In this document: positions 1 through 10,103 of the stretch, in pieces
How the letters are laid out: each line of letters starts with the position of its first letter
How positions within the stretch are numbered: position 1 is the stretch's first letter
Source: Shigella phage pSs-1
DNA: 64,000 bases
Sequence record: KM501444
Reading direction: 5' to 3' (one strand)
Notes under the pieces: generated by a model
Told to the model about the DNA's origin: nothing
What the model saw: only the letters and a program-made list of their open reading frames with translations
The model's database searches: none
Program-made: the position numbers and the translations under genes

Positions 1-14
1 TTTTGAAATAAAAA

Positions 15-34
15 GGGAGAGCCTCGGCTCTCCC
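15..34 (-). terminator. intrinsic terminator hairpin (8-bp stem GGGAGAGC/GCTCTCCC) followed by U-run on minus strand
   Basis: inverted repeat gggagagc-ctcg-gctctccc; plus 1-14 is A/T-rich giving UUUUUAUUU after the stem on the minus transcript. Confidence 0.55.
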
Positions 35-39
35 TAAAA

Positions 40-189
40 TTACTGCATGACTGTGATAACTGTCATGATAACGCGTTGAATTCCGAACGCAAGAAGACCT
101 CCTGCTACGGCTGGAACAACACCTAAACCCGCCAGTAAAATGCCACCGGATACTAATGCAGCGCTTGTAATACCAATGAATGGACTCAT
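40..189 (-). CDS. small hydrophobic protein (49 aa, Gly/Ala-rich TM)
   Basis: ATG at 187-189 overlaps gene 52 stop (ATGA); 49 codons to TAA 40-42; below ORF-track size cutoff. Confidence 0.4.
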   Translation of the reverse strand: MSPFIGITSAALVSGGILLAGLGVVPAVAGGLLAFGIQRVIMTVITVMQ

Positions 190-1514
190 TTGATTTCCTC
201 TAAATCTTTAGTATATTCGGTAACTACATCAGTAGTTTTCCAATATTCGTTTTCTTCTTTTTTAGCTTTAGCTTCTTCAGCAAGTTTCTTTGCTTCGTCG
301 GAAGTCATATGAAAAATGTTCATTCCAACTAGTTTATCAACATAAGAAGAATACATATCAATTTTAGAAAGTTCTTCGGTCAGTTCTTTGCGAGTTTTAC
401 CCTGTACAACAATTTCACCTGAAATTACTTTCTTAATGAAATGTGCCTTGGCAAAGGCTAAACGAAATGCTGATTCAGTTTCTTTGATTTTGTTATCAAT
501 TCGTTTTTGGACATAAGTTTTACGAACTTCAACGAAGTCTTTGATTAAATCAACTACGTTATCGTAAACTTGTAGTTTTCCTTTCTCATTAATAACGGTA
601 ATATTCTGGGAACGACGCTCAATCAACCCGAAGTCTTTCATAATTTTTGCATGACGTTCTTCTTCGTTATCACTCAAAGAGTATTCTTTACGGAATTTAA
701 CTTTAAAGCCAAAACCATGCTCACCGCAAGCATCATCCCACGTAATGAAACCTTTATCTTCAAGCGGGTCTAAGATTTTACTCACATAAGTTTCACGATC
801 ATACTTATACGGAATCTCAGTGATATGCATTTGAGTTCGTGAAGTAAACTTGTATGTTCCACGAATTTCATATTGACCGTCAATTTCAACGACTTCACCA
901 CGAAATTCTGGGAATTCTACCTTAGGTTTAGTTACTTTCTTTCCTTGAAGAGCTTGCAATACAGCTTTCTTGACAGAAGAAACACTATGAGGAAGAATGT
1001 AAGTTGCATAACCAGTTGCAATACCGGAAACACCGTTAAGAAGAACAGTAGGAATAATAGGCAAATAGAAAGCAGGCGGAATGTGTTCTTTATCTTGATG
1101 TACCGGAGCATATTCAGTATCTTTATATACATTATAGAAATTTTTACTTACACGAGCAAAAATATAACGACTTGCCGCTGCTTTTTGAACGGTACGAGAA
1201 CCAAAGTTTCCTTGACCATCTAACAAAGGAAAGTTATTATTCCAAGTGTTAGCCATCAAAGCACCTGCGTCTTGCGCAGAGTTTTCACCATGATGATATC
1301 CAAGGTCAGCTACACCACCTGCAATAGAAGCGAGTTTGTGAAACTTATCTTTATTTCCTCGTGCCAAATCAAGAGCTCGAGCAATAACAAATCGTTGAAC
1401 TGGCTTAAATCCATCAATCATATTTGGGATAGCACGATTTTCAACCGTGTACATAGCATAAGCCAATGCTTCATTATCAATGATACTTTTTAAATCGCGA
1501 TTATTCAGTTGCAT
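186..1514 (-). CDS. 52: DNA topoisomerase II medium subunit gp52
   Basis: 442-aa ORF, N-terminus MQLNNRDLKSIIDNEALAYAMYTVENRAIPNMIDGFKPVQRF matches T4 gp52 as recalled (GyrA-like); ATG verified. Confidence 0.93.
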   Translation of the reverse strand: MQLNNRDLKSIIDNEALAYAMYTVENRAIPNMIDGFKPVQRFVIARALDLARGNKDKFHKLASIAGGVADLGYHHGENSAQDAGALMANTWNNNFPLLDGQGNFGSRTVQKAAASRYIFARVSKNFYNVYKDTEYAPVHQDKEHIPPAFYLPIIPTVLLNGVSGIATGYATYILPHSVSSVKKAVLQALQGKKVTKPKVEFPEFRGEVVEIDGQYEIRGTYKFTSRTQMHITEIPYKYDRETYVSKILDPLEDKGFITWDDACGEHGFGFKVKFRKEYSLSDNEEERHAKIMKDFGLIERRSQNITVINEKGKLQVYDNVVDLIKDFVEVRKTYVQKRIDNKIKETESAFRLAFAKAHFIKKVISGEIVVQGKTRKELTEELSKIDMYSSYVDKLVGMNIFHMTSDEAKKLAEEAKAKKEENEYWKTTDVVTEYTKDLEEIK

Positions 1515-1651
1515 AAATTTACCATACTAGTGAATGTAGTGCCATAATAACATCAGAAATGAAAAGCACGACTTGAATTAATCCGAACATTACTCCATAA
1601 TATAGTGCTACCAATAAAGTAGCAAGGGCTAATGAATAGCCCAAGATTTTC

Positions 1652-1810
1652 TTAATCATTAGTAGATAACAACACAAATGTTAAATATGCACACATACCC
1701 TGGGCTAAAGCTTGTGAAAACACACTGCTAGCATCGATACAGATAGTTAAAACACATGCTACTATCCAACAAATAAATGAAATAACTCCTAATAATTTTG
1801 CGATATTCAT
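1652..1810 (-). CDS. small membrane protein, Ac-like paralog (52 aa)
   Basis: ATG 1808-1810 with GAGGAG SD; hydrophobic; paralogous to adjacent 51-aa ORF (shared SVF.QA.AQG motif). Confidence 0.5.
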   Translation of the reverse strand: MNIAKLLGVISFICWIVACVLTICIDASSVFSQALAQGMCAYLTFVLLSTND

Positions 1811-1820
1811 AATATTCTCC

Positions 1821-1976
1821 TCAACTATTTTTAGAACCAATGTACGCGAATAATGATAAAATCGCTAATACACCCTGAGCTGATGCTTGCAAAAATACTG
1901 AAGTTTCTCCGGTTATTACTGTTCCGATGCATAAAAAGAACCAACAGAAAAAGGCTATACCGTGAACAAATTTCAT
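1821..1976 (-). CDS. small membrane protein, Ac-like (51 aa)
   Basis: ATG 1974-1976, SD upstream, stop TGA 1821-1823; 51 aa hydrophobic, same size and position as T4 ac (position/size inference). Confidence 0.5.
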   Translation of the reverse strand: MKFVHGIAFFCWFFLCIGTVITGETSVFLQASAQGVLAILSLFAYIGSKNS

Positions 1977-1983
1977 ATTTTCC

Positions 1984-2064
1984 TCACTGGCGTCCGAAGA
2001 CGCCTTTGGTTTTAAGATTGTTACGATAGAACTGCATCACATGTTCGTTGTGGAAATTACTCAT
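1984..2064 (-). CDS. stp: Stp peptide (26 aa, suppressor of three-prime phosphatase; host restriction/anticodon-nuclease modulator)
   Basis: translates exactly to [26 protein letters not shown], the T4 Stp sequence as recalled; start overlaps ndd stop. Confidence 0.9.
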
Positions 2065-2519
2065 TAATATGCCTGCAAAACAAATTTAAAGTTATCAGCT
2101 AACATACGGTTCATTTCTTCAAGTGTTTGATACTCAGAATGATGATTACGAGTAAACGCCAAAGCTAACTGACCTTTTCCAAATCCTGTCGTCAAAGGTT
2201 TCATCTTAGAAGCAGGAAGATAAAATACTGTATATGGAACATTATTATTTGCAATAGTACGCGCAAGCTGAGACCGACGCTGACGAATATGACTTAGAAC
2301 TGCACTGAATCCTTGCTTAGAACGCTGATTACCTACATAAAATCGTGCAGATACACACGGACTATCAAATGGACCACCAAATTTACTCACTAAAAAGTAA
2401 AATCCAGGTGTAGATAAAATGTCTTTATGTGGAGTTCCAAAAACCCATTCACCGCCCTTGATTGTACCAATAACAGTAGCACCTGCATTATTCAGATCAG
2501 TAACAGTCATGTATTTCAT
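2064..2519 (-). CDS. ndd: nucleoid disruption protein Ndd
   Basis: 151-aa ORF at the T4 ndd position immediately upstream of stp; size matches T4 Ndd. Confidence 0.75.
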
Positions 2520-2578
2520 ATTAATTTCCTCTAATTATTTTCTACTCCAAGGCCGCATGAATACACACGGCCGATAAA

Positions 2579-2794
2579 TTAATCGTCGCAGTCGACGCTC
2601 AATTCCCAGAACTCTTCTACAGTATAAGTTTCAGTATCGTTTTCAATACAGAAACGTTCATTACTGTTATTTGCTAAAGTAGCATTAACTGTCATTTTAT
2701 CGCTAGTGCTCTTAAGAGGTGAAATACGAATTAACTGATCACCACTATCCAAGCAAAAAATTTCGCCAACTTTTACATCTTTAAAAATTTTCAT
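2579..2794 (-). CDS. hypothetical protein (71 aa), ndd.x region
   Basis: ORF track; compact minus-strand packing. Confidence 0.45.
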   Translation of the reverse strand: MKIFKDVKVGEIFCLDSGDQLIRISPLKSTSDKMTVNATLANNSNERFCIENDTETYTVEEFWELSVDCDD

Positions 2795-2909
2795 AATTCA
2801 CCTCAGGGAGTATAAAATCCAAATGCAGTTGTTGACCATCCCATCCAATACGGAAAATTTGCACCAACGTAAAACATGAAAATATAAAACCAAATGCTTA
2901 GTAAATTCA

Positions 2910-3107
2910 TTATTTTACACCATTCCAAATTGTTTCAACAACAGATTTTAAGCCATTTTGATGAATGTCCATTCCGACAACCGCCATCAAATAAATTCCA
3001 ACTACAACTGAACCTAAGGCAAAAATCAGCATGAAAATGAATAAAGCCGGAAAAATATTATCGAAAAACCATTCAATAAATGTAAAAGCACTGCGTTTAC
3101 GCTTCAT
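2910..3107 (-). CDS. small membrane protein (65 aa)
   Basis: ATG 3105-3107 with GAGG SD (track start 3128 is upstream alternative); hydrophobic core. Confidence 0.45.
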   Translation of the reverse strand: MKRKRSAFTFIEWFFDNIFPALFIFMLIFALGSVVVGIYLMAVVGMDIHQNGLKSVVETIWNGVK

Positions 3108-3114
3108 ATTTTCC

Positions 3115-3228
3115 TCACATAAATCCAAAGTAAGCGTTTAATACATCAATCATTAAAACGATTGGGAATATACTCAAAACTACTAGTATTATAACTACAT
3201 TCCATATAGCTTTAACAATCTTTTTCAT
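3115..3228 (-). CDS. small membrane peptide (37 aa)
   Basis: ATG 3226-3228 preceded by GGAGG and an early promoter; track ORF 3115..3363 is split by that promoter. Confidence 0.4.
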   Translation of the reverse strand: MKKIVKAIWNVVIILVVLSIFPIVLMIDVLNAYFGFM

Positions 3229-3254
3229 TTTCTGTTCCTCCGTAGTTGATAGGG

Positions 3255-3290
3255 TAATAATACCACAGAGGAACAGTCTTGTAAACAACT
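3255..3290 (-). promoter_or_regulatory. T4-type early promoter (minus strand)
   Basis: plus-strand taataataccac...(14 nt)...gtaaac = minus GTTTAC -35 and extended TATTAT -10; A/T UP element at 3291-3300. Confidence 0.6.
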
Positions 3291-3293
3291 TTT

Positions 3294-3392
3294 TTAAAAA
3301 TATTCGTAATAAATGTGAATACCAATCACCACTGCCGAAACTTGTGCAACCCACCACGCACAAGCAATAAGCACAGAATTCAAAATTTTCAT
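3294..3392 (-). CDS. small membrane peptide (32 aa)
   Basis: ATG 3390-3392, GAGG SD, translated by hand MKILNSVLIACAWWVAQVSAVVIGIHIYYEYF; below track cutoff. Confidence 0.35.
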   Translation of the reverse strand: MKILNSVLIACAWWVAQVSAVVIGIHIYYEYF

Positions 3393-3471
3393 AATAACCT
3401 CATTACAAAAGTAAATGTTAAACAAATTAATGGAATACTAATTAACCAAACAAAACACCACCACAATGAAC

Positions 3472-3735
3472 TCATAGTTCAATCTCAGCGATTTTCATTT
3501 CATTACTATTAATAGCCGCTTTAAGACTATCTGAAAGAATTACATTCCAGTGGTCATTCATATGACCATTAACTAAGCGTGTAATTTCTTCGGGAGTGGA
3601 AAAATAAGGCGTATCAGACTCCCAATGCGATAGACCCAAGCGAGTATAAATCATACCTTCATCATCGCTAGAATATTCAACTGACACAAACTCATCAGTT
3701 ATTTTATGTTTAGCGTAATAAAATTTAAATTTCAT
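3472..3735 (-). CDS. hypothetical protein (87 aa)
   Basis: ATG 3733-3735 with GGAGGAG SD just downstream of an early promoter (track start 3828 lies upstream of the promoter). Confidence 0.5.
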   Translation of the reverse strand: MKFKFYYAKHKITDEFVSVEYSSDDEGMIYTRLGLSHWESDTPYFSTPEEITRLVNGHMNDHWNVILSDSLKAAINSNEMKIAEIEL

Positions 3736-3756
3736 TTTTGCTCCTCCGTAGCTGAT

Positions 3757-3792
3757 AGTTATATAGTACCACAGTCCTTGTGGTATGTAAAC
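3757..3792 (-). promoter_or_regulatory. T4-type early promoter
   Basis: atatagtaccac...gtaaac cassette with UP element gaaaatttttt. Confidence 0.6.
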
Positions 3793-3809
3793 CGTTTTGT
3801 GAAAATTTT

Positions 3810-4367
3810 TTAAATGGAAAGATACCATCCGTTGTAGTTGCTTTTTCTTACAACCTTACGAAGGTCTTCTCTATCACCGATGAACTTCGGAGTGTACTGG
3901 ATGACACCTGGGTGAATTTCTTTAGTGTTGAATATAATTATACAGTCAGCGACCTGATGATTCAGAATAGGCCCTAGATTTATTCCAGAACCATATGGAT
4001 ACTCTCCGCTGCATCCTGTTGTTACAGAAATCCAACGTGAGTCAGTTTGATGTGTCTTAACTTCTACACGAAGCCCGCAGTATCTTGGATGCGCCAATAC
4101 ATCCCATGCGTATGTATACGGGTCATTAACATCCTCTTGGCCTTTGTTAACATACCCGCTTAGCCAATCTGCTACAAAAAACTCTGCGTACACCGCGATA
4201 CGACATCTTTCGATAACTTCTGCTTTATCCTGGTTCGGGTTTTGTTTTAAAGAGTATCTTGCTGTATCAGCAATTTTGACCTTCATTTCACTAGTCAAGT
4301 CACTGTTCGATAGGGTAAATGTCGGAATCTGAAATAGTCTCTGTAAACCCGGATTCGTTTTCTGCAT
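3810..4367 (-). CDS. denB: endonuclease IV DenB
   Basis: 185-aa ORF at T4 denB position between ndd region and rIIB; size matches T4 DenB. Confidence 0.75.
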   Translation of the reverse strand: MQKTNPGLQRLFQIPTFTLSNSDLTSEMKVKIADTARYSLKQNPNQDKAEVIERCRIAVYAEFFVADWLSGYVNKGQEDVNDPYTYAWDVLAHPRYCGLRVEVKTHQTDSRWISVTTGCSGEYPYGSGINLGPILNHQVADCIIIFNTKEIHPGVIQYTPKFIGDREDLRKVVRKSNYNGWYLSI

Positions 4368-4629
4368 TTAGACTTTCCTTTTTACCGCTGAGATAAGCGT
4401 TATATACTTTAAGAGTGCCGTAATAAATTCGGTCATTTTCATCTAAAGACTCACGGTCAAGTTCATCGAGTTCCTTTTTATCCATGACTATAATATCATT
4501 GCAGTAAAGAAACCCAAGTTTTTCGTGACCAAACTCAAATTTATTGCAGTACACAATATTAGCGTGATGATTTCCGTGCAGTTTAATCTCTTTTATGTCG
4601 GAATCACCGATATTCATACAATAAATCAT
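4300..4629 (-). CDS. hypothetical protein (109 aa), denB.1 position
   Basis: ORF track; overlaps denB start by 68 nt. Confidence 0.45.
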   Translation of the reverse strand: MIYCMNIGDSDIKEIKLHGNHHANIVYCNKFEFGHEKLGFLYCNDIIVMDKKELDELDRESLDENDRIYYGTLKVYNAYLSGKKESLNAENESGFTETISDSDIYPIEQ

Positions 4630-4646
4630 AATTTTTCCTTAAAACA

Positions 4647-4664
4647 AAAGGGCCGAAGCCCCTT
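4647..4664 (-). terminator. UUCG-tetraloop hairpin + U tract (intrinsic terminator on minus strand)
   Basis: aagggccgaagcccctt; minus strand reads GGGC-UUCG-GCCC followed by UUUUGUUUU. Confidence 0.55.
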
Positions 4665-4666
4665 AT

Positions 4667-4861
4667 TTATTTGAATTGTGCAATTCTTTTTTCTAAACAA
4701 TCTGCGTAAGATTTCATTGAGATGAACTGTGAAAGCAGTAATTCTTGCTCAACTTCATTAATCGTTAGAAACTTTGTACTTTCTAAAAATTTGCTCAGTG
4801 CATTAATTTTGAGCATTAATTGATCGTATTCTTCTTTTACTCGTGCTTGATAACCTAACAT
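4667..4861 (-). CDS. hypothetical protein (64 aa)
   Basis: ORF track; AAGGAAA SD upstream; flanked by two UUCG hairpins. Confidence 0.45.
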   Translation of the reverse strand: MLGYQARVKEEYDQLMLKINALSKFLESTKFLTINEVEQELLLSQFISMKSYADCLEKRIAQFK

Positions 4862-4889
4862 AATTTTCCTTAGTTAAGGGCCGAAGCCC

Positions 4890-5828
4890 TTATTTAAATT
4901 GTTCAGTAACGTCTTCAACTACTTCGTATTGGCAGGTACGCATTTTAGCATCATTGTAATCAATCGGAATTGATACTACATCGCGAGGATGTACTTTAAC
5001 TTTTACAACTCGACTGGTTGAACTGCCAAAGTGACGAATATAAGATTTAGAACACACATGCAGACCACGAGAACAAGTTTGTGTATCATCGTCATTCACA
5101 CGAGTACGTGGCATTTTAACTACTTTACCAGGACTGTTATCAAAAGTATTTGAATGACAATCAAAGTAATTACTGCGAACTACTTTCCAAGCATAGAAGT
5201 AACCATCTTCTGTGATTTCAATATCGTTTGCTACCAAGAAATCAAAGAGTCGAGATACCGCTTTTTGGCTCGGGTTTTCCAACAGATTTTCCAAGAACGG
5301 AAAATAAAATTCAAAGTTTTCGCCTTTTTCCATCGAATCGAGAATACGATCAACTAAACCAGATCGCAATTCAATATTTTGATAGAACAAGCTTCCACCT
5401 TCAATTCGAACATCACCGGAAATATATTTTTCAACAGCGCGACGAACATTAATTTTTTGTGCCGCTTCTTCCAATTTATCTGCAACAAGCAGATTAAGAA
5501 TTTCCTGGAAGTTTGAATGAGTATTAGGAGTTGCGTTATAAGTTACACCGTCAACAGTAATTGAAATGAATTTTTTAGATGCATTCCAAATAATGTCAGA
5601 TTTAGCAACTGGAGCAATAACTGCATCGCTATTAACTTTAACTGTAATATCACCACTAATAGTAACTTTAGAGCGCTCAGCTTCTTCAGCATTTTTCAAA
5701 ACACGACGGATTGTGTCAACCGATACACCTTGCCAATCAGCCAATTCCTGTTGGGTGTAATTACCACTTGAATACAGTTTGACAATTTCAGCTTGTTCGT
5801 TTTTGGTCAGGCATTTAATATTGTACAT
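4890..5828 (-). CDS. rIIB: rIIB protein (rapid lysis / membrane-associated)
   Basis: 312 aa, same length as T4 rIIB; adjacent to rIIA with 11-nt spacer; ATG verified. Confidence 0.9.
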   Translation of the reverse strand: MYNIKCLTKNEQAEIVKLYSSGNYTQQELADWQGVSVDTIRRVLKNAEEAERSKVTISGDITVKVNSDAVIAPVAKSDIIWNASKKFISITVDGVTYNATPNTHSNFQEILNLLVADKLEEAAQKINVRRAVEKYISGDVRIEGGSLFYQNIELRSGLVDRILDSMEKGENFEFYFPFLENLLENPSQKAVSRLFDFLVANDIEITEDGYFYAWKVVRSNYFDCHSNTFDNSPGKVVKMPRTRVNDDDTQTCSRGLHVCSKSYIRHFGSSTSRVVKVKVHPRDVVSIPIDYNDAKMRTCQYEVVEDVTEQFK

Positions 5829-5839
5829 AATTTTCCTTA

Positions 5840-8017
5840 TTAGGCCGCAAGGGCCTTCATAGTTTTAGCGATTTGGGAAACTTCATCATCACTTAAAGAG
5901 TTGCGATAACCGATGAAGTCGGAAACAATACGGAATTTCTTAGTAAACTCAGTAACCATTTTATCACTGTTTTTTGAAGCATTGTTTGATAATACATCAA
6001 AAAGATTAGTTACTGTCCAGATGTCATGACCGATGGTACCTTTTCCACCGTTGAAATATATACCCTGCAATGAACTAACCATATTACCAAGGCGAGTATA
6101 TTCTTCAGAAACTTCATCTACACTGAAGTACTTCATCATAAAATCGAGTTCAGGATACTTAATAATTTTATCAATATATCGTTTAGCTGAACTTGAATAA
6201 CCTACATACTTATCATAATCTACAGCATCAAAAGCATCTACATATAAATCACGCAGAGTTTCAAAAATACATTGGCACTGACCAAGTTCTTTTACCTTTT
6301 TCTGCAAAAGTGGACGAATAACATAAAATTCATTAATGCCAATAAGATTAGCCATACGAGTCAAAATACTCGTAGATGGATGACAAAGCGATGTAGTACC
6401 ATCCATAGAGAAAATATCAGAACGATGCATGTATGCTACATAACCAGTAATTTCATCTGCTTCTGACGTAAGTGTAAACAGTTCCTCTTTTTCCCAGCGC
6501 CCGTCTTTAATTTCAAACTTAAACGCAGTAGCAGTTTTAGGACGAGGAGCTTTACTTTTAACTGCCTTCGGAATATAACTTTTAACTAAAGCTTCAATTT
6601 CTGACAAATAATGAATGTTAACTTCATCACTTTCAAACATTGCCATAATATCAGGGAGTAAATCAATCTGCGATTCTACTTCCGGATTAATAAACAGAAG
6701 ACGCTCATTATGATGAATATTTAAAGTGTTGTTAAATTCTTTATCATCTAACGCATGCGCTAATCCACGGACAATATTAACACGATTTTTAATATTATCA
6801 ATAACGATATTAATTTTTGTTGTATTAATACCGAACAGACGATAGCTTGACGCAACGGCTGAAGTTTCATGGCTTTGCTTAATGCGTTTCAGTCGAGGGT
6901 CAAGATTTACTTCATACACAACTCCTGCATTGCATAGTTTACTATCAGGTTCAAACATGCTTTGCATCTTCTTATATGACAGATTTTTAGTCGTAAATTT
7001 GACTGAATTACTAATCATATAATCTCGAGCAGAATATCCCATCTTCATCAATTCACGGTATGTATGACGAGGAGATGTAGATTCTTTAAATCGTTTTACA
7101 TCTTCATTGAATGCCTTCTCACTAAGCTCTTTAACACGCTCAATAATATTTTTACGAGTACGATCATCTAGTGAAAGAGCTTCGCGTGATGGAGCAATAT
7201 CAAGTGAACCCATTGGAAACTTAATGTAATTCACTTCATTACGGATGCTTAACCAGTTACGGTCTCTAATAACACCATCGATAGGATAAACAATACCACC
7301 ATAGATAGCATACAATCCACCACGATCTGGCCAGTATCTTTCTGGATTTACGCCGTAATAGTCATCAAAATCCGGAAAATAATCAATTTCGCGGTCAAGA
7401 CCACTAATGATAGCTAAATCTTTGAATGGTCGCATGATATAAGAAACTTCATAAGCAAAGTTTCTAAAGTCTTTTTCTTCAACTGGAACTACGATTTCAA
7501 TACCAGTTTTATCATCTGGACCCATTTCTTTTACAAATGTAGGTTTAATTTGTGGACCATCGCCATCCATGTAAGCTACATAACCACGAATTTCGCCTTT
7601 ATGATATGAAGTAATACTAAATGTATCAGTATAACTAAACGGAGATTTAGAACCTAAACCAAACCCACCAATGAAATCATTAGATTCAGCCTTAGATGAA
7701 CTAAAGTATGAATTATACAACCCAGGAGAATTATCATCACCTTGAATATCAAAATCGCTCATACCTGGACCAAAATCTCGACAAACAAATCGCGGATCTA
7801 ATCGTCCTGGAACTTGAATGATAAATTTTTCAGGATTTCCATTGAGAGCATGGGCATCAATCATGTTGGTAATCAATTCACGGACTACTGCGCGAATCTT
7901 GTTTGTATACAAATCAGATGACAGAATTTTGAATACTTTAGGAGATGCTGTGATGCTAAATGCTTTTGATTTAGAACCATTACCAAGAATTGTTTCTTTT
8001 TCAGTGGTGATAATCAT
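5840..8017 (-). CDS. rIIA: rIIA protein
   Basis: 725 aa, same length as T4 rIIA, N-terminus [16 protein letters not shown]; ATG verified. Confidence 0.9.
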   Translation of the reverse strand: MIITTEKETILGNGSKSKAFSITASPKVFKILSSDLYTNKIRAVVRELITNMIDAHALNGNPEKFIIQVPGRLDPRFVCRDFGPGMSDFDIQGDDNSPGLYNSYFSSSKAESNDFIGGFGLGSKSPFSYTDTFSITSYHKGEIRGYVAYMDGDGPQIKPTFVKEMGPDDKTGIEIVVPVEEKDFRNFAYEVSYIMRPFKDLAIISGLDREIDYFPDFDDYYGVNPERYWPDRGGLYAIYGGIVYPIDGVIRDRNWLSIRNEVNYIKFPMGSLDIAPSREALSLDDRTRKNIIERVKELSEKAFNEDVKRFKESTSPRHTYRELMKMGYSARDYMISNSVKFTTKNLSYKKMQSMFEPDSKLCNAGVVYEVNLDPRLKRIKQSHETSAVASSYRLFGINTTKINIVIDNIKNRVNIVRGLAHALDDKEFNNTLNIHHNERLLFINPEVESQIDLLPDIMAMFESDEVNIHYLSEIEALVKSYIPKAVKSKAPRPKTATAFKFEIKDGRWEKEELFTLTSEADEITGYVAYMHRSDIFSMDGTTSLCHPSTSILTRMANLIGINEFYVIRPLLQKKVKELGQCQCIFETLRDLYVDAFDAVDYDKYVGYSSSAKRYIDKIIKYPELDFMMKYFSVDEVSEEYTRLGNMVSSLQGIYFNGGKGTIGHDIWTVTNLFDVLSNNASKNSDKMVTEFTKKFRIVSDFIGYRNSLSDDEVSQIAKTMKALAA

Positions 8018-8027
8018 AATTTCCTCA

Positions 8028-8231
8028 TTAATTCATATTGCGTTTAATAACTTCAGCAACTTCTAGTAGTTCATCTTTAGTTGCGGTGTCGGATTGAATT
8101 TTATCTCTAATATCCTTAAAGCGGTTTTTAAACTCTTCAGCTTCTCCCATATCGAAAAAGCGTTGAATGATTCTATATTCTCGATGAACTGCTTTATCAA
8201 AAAGTTCTAAATTTACTTTATATGATTTCAT
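8028..8231 (-). CDS. rIIA.1-like small protein (67 aa)
   Basis: ORF track; position between rIIA and gene 39; own early promoter and GAGGA SD. Confidence 0.55.
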   Translation of the reverse strand: MKSYKVNLELFDKAVHREYRIIQRFFDMGEAEEFKNRFKDIRDKIQSDTATKDELLEVAEVIKRNMN

Positions 8232-8254
8232 TTCAATATCCTCATTTGCCCAAT

Positions 8255-8286
8255 TAATTATACCACATCCTTGTGGTAAAGTAAAC
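8255..8286 (-). promoter_or_regulatory. T4-type early promoter
   Basis: ttaattataccac...gtaaac. Confidence 0.55.
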
Positions 8287-10103
8287 TATTGGCTCATCCA
8301 TTCTTTACGAAGGTCAGCATTATCTCCCATGAGCATTTCAAAAAGCTCTTTCCAGTTCTCAGGAAGTTTAACAACATCATATACTGGGTTTTGAATCATC
8401 TCACGATATTCAGATTTTTCCAAAGAGCCAAGTCCCTTAATATAACGGATGCTATGTTTAGGTAGAGCATCTTTGGCACTCTCATATTCAGCGACTGTAT
8501 AAAACCATTCTTGTTTTTTACCGACCTGAGCGATGATTACAGGAGTTTTGACGAAGCGAATTCTTCCTTGTTCAAACAGTTCTGGCCAATTACTAAAAAA
8601 TCCGAGCAGAGAAGGATAAATGCTTCCTAGACCATCGTGATCAGCATCGGTCATAATAGCAATATTATGATAATTCAAGTTTTCAGCCTTTTCACCAAGA
8701 ACTAATCCAGTGATTGCGCAAATATCAAACAGTTCTTTGTTTTTAAGCATATCAGCATATGACATGCCCCAACTGTTAAGAACTTTACCGCGCAATGGAT
8801 AACCACCATGAAGTTCTTTATCACGAACATCAATAAGATATCCGATAGCAGAATCACCCTCAGTCAAGAAAAGAGTAGTGTCAGCATCTTTACCGCAAAG
8901 ATTCGCTTTAATATGTTTATGAACCTTAGCTTTAGAAGCCTTTTTAGCTGCTTTAGTTTCTGCTGCTTTTTCTGCCGCCAATTTACGAGCCAAGGCAGCT
9001 TCAATAATTGGCATTAAAATTGCTTCATTACTTAAAATAGCACGTGAAATCTTTTTAGCATCAAGTTGAATATGACTACGAATTTCACCAAAAGGAGAAG
9101 TCAAACGCTCTTTAGTTTGAGAATCAAATCGCATGTTTTTCATATCACGAACAAACATAACGATAGTCAAACATTCTTTAACACGTGCTTTAGTTACATC
9201 AATTTTGAACTTGCGTTTGATTTGTGGAATAAGGTCTTCACAAATATCATCCATAACACAATCAATGTGATGGCCACCATTCTTAGTATGAATGTTATTG
9301 ACGTACGTTAATTGACGAAAACCATCCGGTGAACGACCAACCGCAATAGAACAATTTTCTTGTTCTTGAACGATAGCATGCTCATCATATTGGCGTGCGT
9401 ATTTCTTAAAATTACCCTGAACCTTTTTACCATTAAAGGTAAATTGAATATCAGGATAAACTACTGCAAGTGTCTGGAGACGATCTAGCGTAATGTCAAG
9501 ATAAACTTGAGATAGCTCATTAGTTTCAAATGACATAAAATCAGGAATGAAAGTAACACGAGTTCCTTTCCATTTTCCAGGAATAGTTTCCCATGATTTA
9601 TTTTCCATGCCATTTGAACAACGAACTACAATATTATTTTGACCGTCGCCAGTTTCACCGACAAACATCACAGAAAAAATGTTAGTTAAACTAGAACCAA
9701 CACCATTCATACCGCCAGTGACGCGTTCTTTATCATCACCGAAGTTACCGCCTGCTTTTGGAATAGTCCAGGCGGCAACAGGACCAGGAATTTCTTCACC
9801 AGTAGGTGTTTTAACCATCGCTTGTGGAATACCACGACCGTTATCTTCAACTGTTACTTGATTGTTTTTGATAGTAACATTAATTTTATTTGCGAATTTA
9901 AACTTAGTACGAATACCTTCATCTACTGAGTTATCGATAATTTCATCAATAAGCTTAACAAGACCAGGTACATACTGAACACTTTCCCATTTACCAAACA
10001 GAAAGCGCTCATGCATTTCATTAGCAGAAGAACCAATGTACATGCCGCTACGCTTTTTGATATGTTCAATATCGCTCAGAATTTTAATTTCATTCTTAAT
10101 CAT
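8286..10103 (-). CDS. 39: DNA topoisomerase II large subunit gp39 (intact ATPase + TOPRIM, equivalent to T4 gp39 + gp60)
   Basis: 605 codons from ATG 10101-10103 (track adds GTG codon); MIKNEIKILSDIEHIKKRSGMYIGSS GyrB-like ATPase; TOPRIM-like segment continues in same frame to MSQ C-terminus. Confidence 0.92.
   Translation of the reverse strand: MIKNEIKILSDIEHIKKRSGMYIGSSANEMHERFLFGKWESVQYVPGLVKLIDEIIDNSVDEGIRTKFKFANKINVTIKNNQVTVEDNGRGIPQAMVKTPTGEEIPGPVAAWTIPKAGGNFGDDKERVTGGMNGVGSSLTNIFSVMFVGETGDGQNNIVVRCSNGMENKSWETIPGKWKGTRVTFIPDFMSFETNELSQVYLDITLDRLQTLAVVYPDIQFTFNGKKVQGNFKKYARQYDEHAIVQEQENCSIAVGRSPDGFRQLTYVNNIHTKNGGHHIDCVMDDICEDLIPQIKRKFKIDVTKARVKECLTIVMFVRDMKNMRFDSQTKERLTSPFGEIRSHIQLDAKKISRAILSNEAILMPIIEAALARKLAAEKAAETKAAKKASKAKVHKHIKANLCGKDADTTLFLTEGDSAIGYLIDVRDKELHGGYPLRGKVLNSWGMSYADMLKNKELFDICAITGLVLGEKAENLNYHNIAIMTDADHDGLGSIYPSLLGFFSNWPELFEQGRIRFVKTPVIIAQVGKKQEWFYTVAEYESAKDALPKHSIRYIKGLGSLEKSEYREMIQNPVYDVVKLPENWKELFEMLMGDNADLRKEWMSQ

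Noticed and set aside
873-1223. Plus-strand ORFs in the track that lie inside minus-strand genes (e.g. 873..1223, 10036..10509, 34604..35020, 47659..48072, 56308..56703)
   Set aside because: They are embedded antisense to well-supported genes, lack SD sequences, and have low-complexity AT-rich translations. Treated as shadow ORFs.
3115-3363. Single 82-aa ORF from the track
   Set aside because: An early promoter (3255-3290) sits in its middle. The region is better explained as two small genes (3115-3228 and 3294-3392), each with its own ATG and SD.
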